Below the pieces are notes generated by a model. That model ran no database searches. It saw nothing but the letters and a program-made list of their open reading frames with translations, and had not been told where the DNA came from. A stretch of 63,134 nt of DNA, counting the filler, from Actinomycetota bacterium (lineage in GTDB: Bacteria > Actinomycetota > Actinomycetes > JAKEEW01): assembly GCA_046725875.1 (NCBI GenBank). It is 5 parts of 5 records of this genome, joined end to end, with 100 filler letters (N's around TTAATTAATTAA, not from the genome) between each part and the next. Parts side by side here need not be neighbours in the genome. Positions count along the whole stretch, not along the records: positions 15,842 to 26,972 come from JBKOZJ010000106.1; positions 27,073 to 34,012 come from JBKOZJ010000107.1; 3 more parts are not named here. One strand, given 5' to 3'. This document shows, in pieces, positions 17,889 to 27,121 of this stretch. Numbering within the stretch: the first letter of the stretch is position 1; each line of letters opens with the position of its first letter. A program made the position numbers and the translations under genes.

Positions 17889-19964
17889 GTGGCACTGGAG
17901 ACCCGGGCCGAGGCGGTCGGTGACGGAACAGCGCCGGGCGAGCCGCTACCCACGCGCCCGCTCACTGCCGCCGCTACCCGCCCGCCGGCCTGGCGCCAGG
18001 TCGCCTTGGCGTTGGTCGTGCTCGGCGTTTACCTTCTCGTCGCCAACCGCCGCGGCTCGGTCACACCGGAGGCCGAGAGCCATGGGCGAGCGGTCTATGA
18101 CCTGGAACGCTGGCTCCACATCGACGTCGAGCGCCCGCTCAATGAATGGCTCGCGCCGCGGGACATGCTGCGCACAGTTGCCAACTATGAATACGCCTCG
18201 GTCTACGTGATCGTCGCGTTCTCCGTCCTGATCTGGATCTACATCTCTCGGGCGGGCCTCTACAAACACGCGCGGACGTCGTTTCTCCTCGTCACCCTCG
18301 TCGGGATCGCCTGCTTCGCGCTCTATCCGGTGATGCCGCCCCGGCTGATCCCGGACCTCGGCTTCGTCGACACGGTCGCCAAAGGCGGCACCTGGGGCAC
18401 CTGGGGCTGGTCACCGGTCGTGGATCACGCCAATGAGGTTGCCGCGATGCCGTCCCTGCATGTCGCGTGGTCCTTGTGGGCGCTCGTGATGCTCGTCCGC
18501 GCCACCAATGTGCGGCTCCTCTGGGCTGCGAGCACGGTCCAGGTGCTCGTGACGACGGTAGTCATCATGGCGACGGGGAACCACTACCTGCTCGATGCGG
18601 TCGCGGGCGCCATCCTGGTCGCGCTGTCGGTGGCGGCCGCCGACATGATCCACCGGCCACGCGCCGGCGTCCGACTCTCCCCCGCCGACGCATTCTTCGT
18701 GCATGTCGAGACGTCGGCGGCGCCGCAGCACGTCGGCGGGCTGGTCGGACTAGACACATCGCACGTCGCAAGCTCACGCGACGAGCTCGAGCGGGTGCTC
18801 AAGGCGACGATCGACAAGGTGCCGAGGTTCCGGCAGCGGCTGATCGAGCCGACCTGGTGGCGCCGCGCGCGCTGGGTCGACCAGCTCGACATCGACTGGG
18901 CCTGGCATGTTCCGGAGTACGACGTGAGCGGACCGGACGGCCGTCCCGGCGGGCGGGATGCGGTCCACCGGCTGGTCGGACAGATCGCGGCCGAGCCGCT
19001 GCCGCGCGACCGGCCAATGTGGCGGTTCGCGTTCGTGACCGGGGTCGGCCCGGGCGAGGCGGCAGCGATCTTCCTCGTCCACCACGCAGTGGCAGACGGG
19101 TTCGGCACCATCGCACAGGCTCTGCACTTTCTCGAGCCACCGCCGGAGGATCTGGGGCTCGGTACAGGCGGGCCGCCGCCCAACCCGGTGAAGACCGCGG
19201 CAGCGATTGCGTTCGGGCTCTGTCAGCTCGCCACCGACGGCCGCCCGTCCGGGCAGATGCCGGGCCGGACGACCCGACATCGCCGGTTCGGCACCTTCGC
19301 GATCCCCCTGGCCGACCTTCGGGCGGTGGCGAAGCGGCACGGGGTGCGGGTCACTGATGTGCTGCTGTCAGCGGTCGGTGGCGGCCTCCGGCGGGTGCAT
19401 TCCGAGGGGCTCCCACCGCGCTTGCGCGTCGCCGTCCCGCTCATGGCCCGAGTACCGGGCGCGACAGCCGAAGGGAACATCACCGCCGGCGTCATCACCG
19501 ACGTGCCGCTTGCCGAGATGAGCGAGGCAGAGCGTGTCGCCCAGACGGCGCGGATGAGTGGCCGGCTGCGGACGCCGACTCGGGCCCTCGCGTCCCACGC
19601 CGTGATCCGCGCGACCGGCACGATCCTCCCGCCGATTGCGCACGGGTGGTTCGCCCGTGCCGTCTACGGCCGGCGGTTCTTTCACGCCATCGTGTCGAAC
19701 ATGCCTGGTCCGGACCGGCCGAGGAGGCTCACCGGCGCCCCAATGGACAAGGTCTTCCCGATCCTGCCGCTCGCTCCTGGGGCGCCGATCGTGGTCGGGG
19801 CGCTGCGCTGGGGCGAGACCATCGTGTATGTCTCTGCCGCCGTAGACCCGGGCCTGCTCGACGACGTGGACGAGTTCACCGAGGCGGTCCGCGAGGTCAT
19901 CGGCGACCTCGCCGACGCCGGTCCACGGGCAGCGGCCGAGCGAGCCGCGGCGACCAGGAAGTAA
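17889..19964 (+). CDS. PAP2 (Aur1/IPC-synthase-like) membrane domain fused to wax ester/diacylglycerol acyltransferase
   Basis: PPRL, AAMPSLH, TGNHYLLD motifs, then LSPADAFF, PLPRDRPMW, HHAVADG, VSNMPGP, all in one frame. Confidence 0.85.
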   Translation: MALETRAEAVGDGTAPGEPLPTRPLTAAATRPPAWRQVALALVVLGVYLLVANRRGSVTPEAESHGRAVYDLERWLHIDVERPLNEWLAPRDMLRTVANYEYASVYVIVAFSVLIWIYISRAGLYKHARTSFLLVTLVGIACFALYPVMPPRLIPDLGFVDTVAKGGTWGTWGWSPVVDHANEVAAMPSLHVAWSLWALVMLVRATNVRLLWAASTVQVLVTTVVIMATGNHYLLDAVAGAILVALSVAAADMIHRPRAGVRLSPADAFFVHVETSAAPQHVGGLVGLDTSHVASSRDELERVLKATIDKVPRFRQRLIEPTWWRRARWVDQLDIDWAWHVPEYDVSGPDGRPGGRDAVHRLVGQIAAEPLPRDRPMWRFAFVTGVGPGEAAAIFLVHHAVADGFGTIAQALHFLEPPPEDLGLGTGGPPPNPVKTAAAIAFGLCQLATDGRPSGQMPGRTTRHRRFGTFAIPLADLRAVAKRHGVRVTDVLLSAVGGGLRRVHSEGLPPRLRVAVPLMARVPGATAEGNITAGVITDVPLAEMSEAERVAQTARMSGRLRTPTRALASHAVIRATGTILPPIAHGWFARAVYGRRFFHAIVSNMPGPDRPRRLTGAPMDKVFPILPLAPGAPIVVGALRWGETIVYVSAAVDPGLLDDVDEFTEAVREVIGDLADAGPRAAAERAAATRK

Positions 19965-20021
19965 GCGAAGTGCCGACGCGACGCGATCCCGATCGATGCA
20001 CCCCGTCGCTACCTTTGGCGC

Positions 20022-20957
20022 ATGCGGATCGGGATCGTCGGGCTCGGGAGCATCGCACGTCGCGTCTACCTGCCGATGCTGTGCAACCGGTCGGATCTCG
20101 ACGTAGTCGGGCTGGTTAGCCGATCGGCGGAGACGGTCGCCCGAGTTGGACAGGCATACCGGATCAGCGGGACCTTCACCGACCTCGACGATCTCCTGAA
20201 AAGCGGACCGGATCTCGTCTTCGTCCACGCGCCGACGCTCGTTCATCCTGAGATCGTCTCGGCGTGCCTCGCGGCCGGAACCGGGGTATACGTCGACAAG
20301 CCGCTGGCCTACACATTCGCCGAATGTGCCGAGCTCGCCGACCGGGCCGAGCGAGCGGGGCGCCTGGTCGCGGTCGGGTTCAATCGACGGTTCGCACCGA
20401 TGTACGTTCGGGCGCGAACCTGGATCGCTGAGCACGGCCGGGCAGTGCAGGTTGCAATGGAGAAGCATCGCGCCACGGCACCCATGCAGAGCATTCGGGA
20501 AGCCGTCTTCGATGACCTGATCCACGTCCTGGACACAATCACCTGGTTGCTTGGTCCGCAGATCGAGCTGTTCGCGTCGGACATTCGCGCCGATCCCGAC
20601 CGTGGCTTCCGGCAGGCCGTCGGTCTCGTGCGTAGTGAGGACGCGTGCGGCTCGTTGGCGATGGCCAGATCGGTCGGCGCCGACCTGGAGCGGTTGGCCG
20701 TCCACGGCGTGGGGCACTCAGCCGAGGTTGTCGATCTCGAGCGAGCCATGCTCGACGGCCCGGGTGGACGCCTGGTTGCGGGGTTCGGATCATGGGACAC
20801 GGTGGTCGAGCGGCGGGGATTCGCCGCCCTTGTCGAGCATGTCCTCGACACGGCGGACACCCCGGCTCGCTGCGAGGTGTCGGCCCAGTCGGTGCTGCCG
20901 ACCCATCGCCTCGCCGAGGGTCTTGTCGCTGAGGCAGCGAGATCTTGTGGCGGATGA
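20022..20957 (+). CDS. Gfo/Idh/MocA oxidoreductase (MviM/YceM-like)
   Basis: GLGSIA..YLP, YVDKP, GFNRRFAP, DDLIHVLD. Confidence 0.88.
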   Translation: MRIGIVGLGSIARRVYLPMLCNRSDLDVVGLVSRSAETVARVGQAYRISGTFTDLDDLLKSGPDLVFVHAPTLVHPEIVSACLAAGTGVYVDKPLAYTFAECAELADRAERAGRLVAVGFNRRFAPMYVRARTWIAEHGRAVQVAMEKHRATAPMQSIREAVFDDLIHVLDTITWLLGPQIELFASDIRADPDRGFRQAVGLVRSEDACGSLAMARSVGADLERLAVHGVGHSAEVVDLERAMLDGPGGRLVAGFGSWDTVVERRGFAALVEHVLDTADTPARCEVSAQSVLPTHRLAEGLVAEAARSCGG

Positions 20958-21017
20958 GTGTCGGGCGCGCAGAAGGAGGTATGCCGCTTCGCCCCCCACA
21001 CGTAGTCTCGGTGCTGT

Positions 21018-21863
21018 ATGCGTCGCTCTGGTGGGTTTGTTGTCGCGGGGATTTCGGCCATCGCGGTATCGGCGGGGATCGCCGTGCTGGCGCTTACCGA
21101 TGCTCCTGACAACGGGCGAACGAAGCGGACTCCGAGCCGGCTCGCCGAGGCTGGTCGGCCGGCGCCGCAGCTGGTGCGGGTGGGCGCTCCGTTGCGGCCC
21201 AATTTGCGCAGCCTGCCCTCGGAAGACGTTCACATCGAGGTCAACGATGGCGGCCGGCGGCTGCGGTTCGCCTCGGTTCTCGCGAACTTCGGTCCCGGAC
21301 CTCTGGAAGTAGAGCCGAACACCGGCGACGTCTGTCCGCCCGGACAGCGGCATTCCGCCCAGGTCCTTTTCACCGACAAGACCGGCGACGGGCGGTTCGA
21401 CCCCGGCGCCGACCGCAGGGCGGCGAGGACACCGGCCGGCTGCATGCTGGACCACCGCGCCCACAAGCACTGGCACTTCGATGCGATGGCGCGCTACGCG
21501 CTCACCCGGCCGGGCTCCACGATGCCGATCACCTCGCACGAGAAGGTGAGCTTCTGTCTGCGGGACAGCCGGAGGACACCGGTCGACTTCGCTCGGCCAC
21601 GTAAGCACTACGGCGACTGCGGGCGGAACAAGGTCCAGGGGATCTCTCCCGGTTGGGCCGACGTCTACAAGTCCGATCTGCCGGGTCAGGAGCTGGAGCT
21701 TCCGAATGGGCTCGCCGACGGCCCCTACTGCCTGCACTCCTCCGCCGACCCGCTCCAGCTGCTGCGGGAGATTGACGAGGACGACAATGCGGCCGTGCTG
21801 TCCATCGTCATCCGGGGGGATCGAGTGTCCGCGGGCGAGCCGTCGGCATGTACGGCCGGCTAG
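21018..21863 (+). CDS. Lysyl oxidase-family copper protein with N-terminal anchor
   Basis: LRF..N.G.GPLE, HRAHKHWHF copper site, EKVSFCLRDS, QGISPGWADVY, EIDEDDN. Confidence 0.85.
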   Translation: MRRSGGFVVAGISAIAVSAGIAVLALTDAPDNGRTKRTPSRLAEAGRPAPQLVRVGAPLRPNLRSLPSEDVHIEVNDGGRRLRFASVLANFGPGPLEVEPNTGDVCPPGQRHSAQVLFTDKTGDGRFDPGADRRAARTPAGCMLDHRAHKHWHFDAMARYALTRPGSTMPITSHEKVSFCLRDSRRTPVDFARPRKHYGDCGRNKVQGISPGWADVYKSDLPGQELELPNGLADGPYCLHSSADPLQLLREIDEDDNAAVLSIVIRGDRVSAGEPSACTAG

Positions 21864-22867
21864 TCCCACGCTGGTTGGGACTCGCCGCCGGGCTGGCCGT
21901 CGCCATGACCGTCAGCGGGTGTACGGACGAGGAAGGCGGCACCGCGGCCGTCCGTACCCCACGGCCGGCACCATCAACCGCGCCTACTACGGCCATTCCG
22001 CCTCCGGAGTCCATGACCCCCGGCCCGACGCGCCCGAACCGCGCGCCCGCAAGGTTCGACGAGGATGCGGCCTGGGAGACGGCGCGGATCCTCTCCGAAC
22101 AAATCGGGCCACGGGAGGCCACCACCTCCGCCTACCGGCGAGCGGCAAACTTCGTCGAGCGGCGGTTCAGCCGGCTCGGATATGAGGTGCAGCGGCAGCG
22201 GCTGCGCGTACCGGCGGGGGTCTCCTGGGGGGTGCCAGTCCCGGCCGGCCACACAGCAAACGTGATTGCCCAGCCACCTGGGTTCGACCCGGCAGGCCCG
22301 TACGTGATCATTGGGGCGCAGCTCGATACGGTGCCGCAGGCTCCCGGAGCCGAGGACAACGGCTCCGGCGTCGGCGTTATGCTCGACCTCGCCCGGATGA
22401 CGGCCGCCGACCAGCCGCCGCTGCCGGTCGTCTTCATCGCGTTCGGGGCCGAGGAGCCACGCGGCTCGGGTGACAGCCGCCACCACTACGGTTCCCGCGC
22501 TTATGTCGCAGAGATGAATCCCAAGGCGCGCGAATCGCTGGTGGGGATGCTCAACCCGGACCGAGTGGGGGTCGGGGGCAAGGTCCCGGTCTGTACGGGC
22601 GGGCTCGGCCCGGAGCGGACGGCGAATGCCGTTGCGGCCGCGGCCCGGCGACTCGGAATACCGATCCGCCGGTGCGGCGATAACCGGGCCAGCGACCACT
22701 GGTCGTTCGAGAAGGCCGGCCTGCCCGCCGTCCGCCTGGGAAGCACGCCATACGCGGAGTACCACAGCGAGCGCGACCAGATCGATGTGATCAGCCGAGC
22801 GCAGCTTGGGCGCACCGGGCGCATCGCGTGGGAATGGCTTAGCCATGTTAAGAGCCGAGGCGGATGA
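21848..22867 (+). CDS. M28-family peptidase, probable lipoprotein
   Basis: TVSGC lipobox-like, GAQLD, GAEDNGSG, GAEE, SDH, YHS. Confidence 0.8.
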   Translation: MYGRLVPRWLGLAAGLAVAMTVSGCTDEEGGTAAVRTPRPAPSTAPTTAIPPPESMTPGPTRPNRAPARFDEDAAWETARILSEQIGPREATTSAYRRAANFVERRFSRLGYEVQRQRLRVPAGVSWGVPVPAGHTANVIAQPPGFDPAGPYVIIGAQLDTVPQAPGAEDNGSGVGVMLDLARMTAADQPPLPVVFIAFGAEEPRGSGDSRHHYGSRAYVAEMNPKARESLVGMLNPDRVGVGGKVPVCTGGLGPERTANAVAAAARRLGIPIRRCGDNRASDHWSFEKAGLPAVRLGSTPYAEYHSERDQIDVISRAQLGRTGRIAWEWLSHVKSRGG

Positions 22868-22950
22868 TCCCTTCGGCCCGGTGGGCGGTGCACGGCTGTG
22901 CAGCGCGGACGCGGCGACAGCCGGCCGGCGCAGGCCAATCAAGCGGTACG

Positions 22951-24405
22951 TCAGCTGATGTCGTACGGCGGACCGCTAGCCGCCCATAGCTGCGCGAGGA
23001 TCGGCCGGCCGGAGCGCCAGGAAGCCACCCGCGGCGCGAAGTCTGGCCCTATCCGTATCGGCACAAAGCGCGCCGCCTTGACCTCGTCTTCCCACAGCAC
23101 CAGCTCGAGGATCACCCCCTCTTGTGTCTGCCGAGAAAAGTCCATGTCGAAGACATAGTTGCCGAGCGAATAGGCGATGAGCCGGCCACGGTAGATCTCC
23201 GCACCCTGCACCCAGTGTGGGTGGGAGCCGATGACGAGATCGGCACCCGCGGCTACCAGGGCGCGGGCCACCTTGCGTTGGTCGGCGATCGGCGTGCTCG
23301 TGTATTGCTGACCCCAGTGCGGCAGCACGGTGAGCAGGTCCACCCGGGGCCGCAGCTTACGGATCGCCTCCTCGATCGCATGTAGGTCGCCCGCATCGAG
23401 GTCGCCCAGCCTCGGCTGCATCCGTAGCTGCACGACCCCCGGCCGGTCGGAACGAGCCACCGGCGACTCGCCGATGGCGTTGAATGCAAGGAAACCGAGC
23501 CGGACGCCGTGGCGCTCGACGATCGCAGGCTTGCGCGCCTCGGCCGAGTTCCTCCCTGCACCGACTGGGGCGATCTTGGCCGTGCGTACTCGTTCCGCCG
23601 TCTCCACCAGCGAGGCGTTCCCATAGTCGCCGACATGGTTGTTGGCGAGGCTGAGGACGTCGAAGCCGGCGAGGGTCAGTCCGCGGAGCACGCGTGGGTC
23701 CGCCCCGAACGAGTCGTTCCCCTGCCGCGGCGGCCCGAGCCGGGACAGACTGTTCTCCAGATTCCCGACGGTCAGATCGGCCGCGGCCAGCCGCTTTGCC
23801 GTCGGCCGCAGCGGCGCCGCGAAGTCACCCTCGGCGGCAATCCGCTGGCCGACCCGTCGGGCCAGCATCATGTCACCGACCGCTGAGATGCTGAGGACCG
23901 CTTCGGGAGCCTCCCCCGAGGTCTTCAGGGGGTACGCCTGTGGATCGCGAAGCGGGTCGCGTCCGTCCACTCGGACGACCTGAACCGAAGCATCGACGGC
24001 GGCGGCCGGCACGACGGCGACCACCCGCCTATCTCCGGCGACGGCAGCCACCGCGTCCGCGTCCGACGCACGCCGGGACGCTGATGGCGTCCCCTCCACC
24101 TCCGGACCCGCGGCGAGCACAAGCCGGCCGCGCCCGGCGCCAAGCCGGCTCCAGTTAGTGATCTCGCCGACGATCACTCGCCGTGCCTGTGCCGCCGTGA
24201 CGTCCAGCGGCTGCTGGGCTGGGTGTATCGCGAGGACGAGCGGCATCCGCGCCGGCTGTTCGGTCGGAGCCGGCGCCCTCGACCCGGTGGCGCTCGGCGC
24301 CGTGGGGTCCGTGACCGGTGAGCCGCCGCCTGTACACGACGATGCCGCGAGTACGAGGGCCGCCATGGCAGGCACACGCCTCCACCGGCCACGTGTCCTA
24401 CTCAT
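22951..24405 (-). CDS. CapA-family metallophosphoesterase (PGA_cap), probable lipoprotein
   Basis: GDMML, GNLE, ANNH, PHWG, GSHPHW, YSLGNYVFD. Confidence 0.88.
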   Translation of the reverse strand: MSRTRGRWRRVPAMAALVLAASSCTGGGSPVTDPTAPSATGSRAPAPTEQPARMPLVLAIHPAQQPLDVTAAQARRVIVGEITNWSRLGAGRGRLVLAAGPEVEGTPSASRRASDADAVAAVAGDRRVVAVVPAAAVDASVQVVRVDGRDPLRDPQAYPLKTSGEAPEAVLSISAVGDMMLARRVGQRIAAEGDFAAPLRPTAKRLAAADLTVGNLENSLSRLGPPRQGNDSFGADPRVLRGLTLAGFDVLSLANNHVGDYGNASLVETAERVRTAKIAPVGAGRNSAEARKPAIVERHGVRLGFLAFNAIGESPVARSDRPGVVQLRMQPRLGDLDAGDLHAIEEAIRKLRPRVDLLTVLPHWGQQYTSTPIADQRKVARALVAAGADLVIGSHPHWVQGAEIYRGRLIAYSLGNYVFDMDFSRQTQEGVILELVLWEDEVKAARFVPIRIGPDFAPRVASWRSGRPILAQLWAASGPPYDIS

Positions 24406-24532
24406 GTCCTCTTCTCGCGAAATCGTCGCCGCGTCCCGTAACGCGCGCGGTTCCTTCCATCCTTCCCTGGACAGCAGCCAAGCTGAGCGGCGCAGATCCG
24501 CCACCGCTCGGTATGGCCGGTATGGTTGGATC

Positions 24533-25318
24533 ATGGTCGCCGACGCGGGCGTTGGAAGGACCACTGCCGGTGTCTATTACGAATACGCCGGCTCGGGTCC
24601 CGCCGTGACGCTGCTGCACTCTGGCGTGTGCGACGCGCGAATGTGGGAGCCGCAGTGGGGGCCGCTCGCCAAGTTGTTCACGGTCGTGGGCCTTGACCTG
24701 CGCGGCTTCGGCCGTACGCTGCCCCGTCCCGGCCCGTACTCGGACGCGGACGACGTTGCGGCAGTCCTCGACTCCCTCGGCATCGAGCGGACACACCTGG
24801 TGGGATCCTCCCTCGGCGGCCGGGTCACGCTGGAGTTCGCGATTCGTTACCCCGGACGCGTCGACCGGATGGTCCTGCTCTGCCCTGCCTTGCGGGAGTA
24901 TCCCCAGACCCAGAGTTCAGCCATGTTCGCCGCCGAGGAGACCCGGCTCATCGACGCCGGTGACATCGCCGGCGCGACGGAACTCAACGTTGCCACCTGG
25001 CTGGGCAGGGACGCATCGCCTGCAGCTCGCGATCTTGTACGAGACGCGCAGCGCCAGGCGTTTGAGATCCAGCTAGCAGCTGACAGCGCCGACGAGCCGC
25101 CAGAGCAGGCGTACATTCCGATCGATCCGACGAGTATCCAAGCACCGGCACTTGTCGTTGGTGGCGGCTATGACATGGACCGGTTCCTGGAGATCGCCCG
25201 GCATCTCGGCAACGAGATGCCGAACGCCAGACTCGTGGAGCTGCCGTGGGCCTGGCACCTTCCGAACCTCGAGCGCCCGGCTGAGACAACCCAGCTGCTG
25301 ATCGCCGCGCTATCCTGA
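24533..25318 (+). CDS. Alpha/beta hydrolase
   Basis: LLHSG, DLRGFG, GSSLGG, HLPNLE. Confidence 0.88.
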   Translation: MVADAGVGRTTAGVYYEYAGSGPAVTLLHSGVCDARMWEPQWGPLAKLFTVVGLDLRGFGRTLPRPGPYSDADDVAAVLDSLGIERTHLVGSSLGGRVTLEFAIRYPGRVDRMVLLCPALREYPQTQSSAMFAAEETRLIDAGDIAGATELNVATWLGRDASPAARDLVRDAQRQAFEIQLAADSADEPPEQAYIPIDPTSIQAPALVVGGGYDMDRFLEIARHLGNEMPNARLVELPWAWHLPNLERPAETTQLLIAALS

Positions 25319-25400
25319 CCCGCCTGCTCCGTCGGGCCTTTGCGGGATTTGGGGCGGCTGCCTGGGCATAGGAGATCAACCCGGGGAGCGCTGGGAGCCA

Positions 25401-25472
25401 CAAATGGACCGAGCCACGCCGCCGGGGGGACACGACGTGGCTCGGGGCCTTGGGGTAACTATTCAGTTCTGT
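25401..25472 (-). ncRNA. Candidate small RNA with C-rich hairpin loop
   Basis: 13-bp stem (CCGAGCCACGUCG/CGGCGUGGCUCGG) with loop UGUCCCCCCGG. An AT-rich segment with TAGGAT/TAAGTT -10-like hexamers lies immediately upstream. Confidence 0.45.
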
Positions 25473-25531
25473 AAACAATCCTAACTTATTAAGGCTGGTC
25501 GGCGCGATGTCGGTCGACCGTCGTCTGGACG

Positions 25532-25894
25532 CTAGGCCGACTTGCGTATCTGGACCGGAGCAATGCCGCCCGCGCGGAGGATCGCGAGCCGTTCGGCGAG
25601 AATCTCCTCGAGTTCCTCCCGGCTGCGCCGCTCAAGCAGCATGTCCCAGTGAGTACGGGCGGGCTTGGCCGGCTTCTCCTCCGGCATCCGGCCATCCACC
25701 CGGATTGCAGTCTGGCCGCAGGTACGGCACTCCCACACCGACGGGATCTCGGCCTCAACGGAGAATGGAACCTCGAAGCGGTGACCCCTCGGGCAGGTGT
25801 AGGCGACCATCTGACGCGGCGCCACCTCGACGCCATCGTCAGTCTCATAGCTGGTGGCCCCGAGACGGGACCCGCGCAGCGCACGCTCACTCAT
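25532..25894 (-). CDS. rbpA: RNA polymerase-binding protein RbpA
   Basis: MSERALRGSRLG, C..GH, WEC..C, RTHWDMLLERRS..ELEE.L.ERL. Confidence 0.96.
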   Translation of the reverse strand: MSERALRGSRLGATSYETDDGVEVAPRQMVAYTCPRGHRFEVPFSVEAEIPSVWECRTCGQTAIRVDGRMPEEKPAKPARTHWDMLLERRSREELEEILAERLAILRAGGIAPVQIRKSA

Positions 25895-25980
25895 CAGCCT
25901 AGAGCCCCCTGATCATTGCTCATTGCAATCTTCGACACTCCCGGTCGTCCCGGGAACTGACTGTGGGATTCACATTCAGT

Positions 25981-26006
25981 AACGTACGAAACCCCTACGA
26001 GATTCC
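25981..26006 (-). promoter_or_regulatory. SigR/SigH-type ECF promoter upstream of rbpA
   Basis: Minus strand GGAAT-N18-GTT, an exact match to the SigR consensus. rbpA is a known SigR target in Streptomyces. Confidence 0.75.
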
Positions 26007-26155
26007 CGAGGGGTCCGATCCATTCCCGCCCGCAGTCCAGTTGGCGGCCAGGACGACCTGGTGCTGTCCCGTACTCAGGTCTTATGTCCGCCTTCTGCCC
26101 CAGCCATGCCTGTGAGCGGCGGCCTTGTGCTTTCGGATCGTCGCGAGCTCGGCAG

Positions 26156-26662
26156 CTACTCGTCCAGGACCTCGCCGCGGATCAGCCGCCGGTCTGCTCG
26201 GCTTCCGAACTCCCCATCATTAGGCCCGGTGCCCCAGCCGGTCGACCGGAGCGTAGGCCCGCCGACCCGCACCACCCGCACGCGCCCGGTTCCGCGCGCC
26301 GCGCGGCGCGCAATGTAGGCCCAGAGCAGGCGGCGGGCAAGCGGACGGGCGAACGGCAGTACGAAGAAGAAGCCCACCACATCGGTGACGAAGCCAGGCG
26401 TTAGAAGCAGCGCACCCCCGACCAGGACCAGGCCTGCGTCGGCTAGCTCCCTGCTCGGCACCCGGCCGGTCTCGAAGGCACCGCGTAGTGCCCGCCAGGC
26501 ACGGCGGCCCTCCCGCCGGACCAGCCACGCCCCCAGCGCGCTCTCGACGAGCAGGAGCAAGACCGTTGGCCAGGCCCCAATTGCCTGCCCCACCTGGATG
26601 ATCACGAAGATTTCCAGGATCGGCACGACGAGGAAGAGGATTGGTAGCAGGATCAGCGGCAC
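26156..26662 (-). CDS. fxsA: FxsA-family membrane protein
   Basis: P..EI...I.VG..IG.WPT, GGALLLTPGFVTD. Adjacent to rbpA. Confidence 0.92.
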   Translation of the reverse strand: MPLILLPILFLVVPILEIFVIIQVGQAIGAWPTVLLLLVESALGAWLVRREGRRAWRALRGAFETGRVPSRELADAGLVLVGGALLLTPGFVTDVVGFFFVLPFARPLARRLLWAYIARRAARGTGRVRVVRVGGPTLRSTGWGTGPNDGEFGSRADRRLIRGEVLDE

Positions 26663-26972
26663 GCTGCCTCAGCGCCTTTCATACGTCCCGTGGCCTACGG
26701 TCGAGGTCTCCGCCACGCCGACCATCCGGTTCTGCCCCGGAATTTCTATCTCGCGACGACCGGCCGACGGTGCGTACAAGTGGCAACGTCCGGTGCCGCT
26801 CACCTGTTCCCCACCCTGCCTTCGCCGACCACACCGAGGGGTTGCGGTCGCTGGTAGCGGTCAGGAGACCCGATCAGGAGCGGCCCCCCGCGCGGCTGAG
26901 ATCGACGACGGGCGGGCGGTGGCTACTGCCGGTGGGTCGCCGGAGCCGAGCTGGTCGTGCGGGGCGGAGGAC

Positions 26973-27072
26973 NNNNNNNNNNNNNNNNNNNNNNNNNNNN
27001 NNNNNNNNNNNNNNNNTTAATTAATTAANNNNNNNNNNNNNNNNNNNNNNNNNNNNNNNNNNNNNNNNNNNN
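26973..27072. other. Artificial contig linker
   Basis: N-run + TTAATTAATTAA + N-run. Confidence 0.98.
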
Positions 27073-27121
27073 GACAATCGACAACCCGACCCCGGCCTCC
27101 GATGTCCCAGAGACCTCGCTC

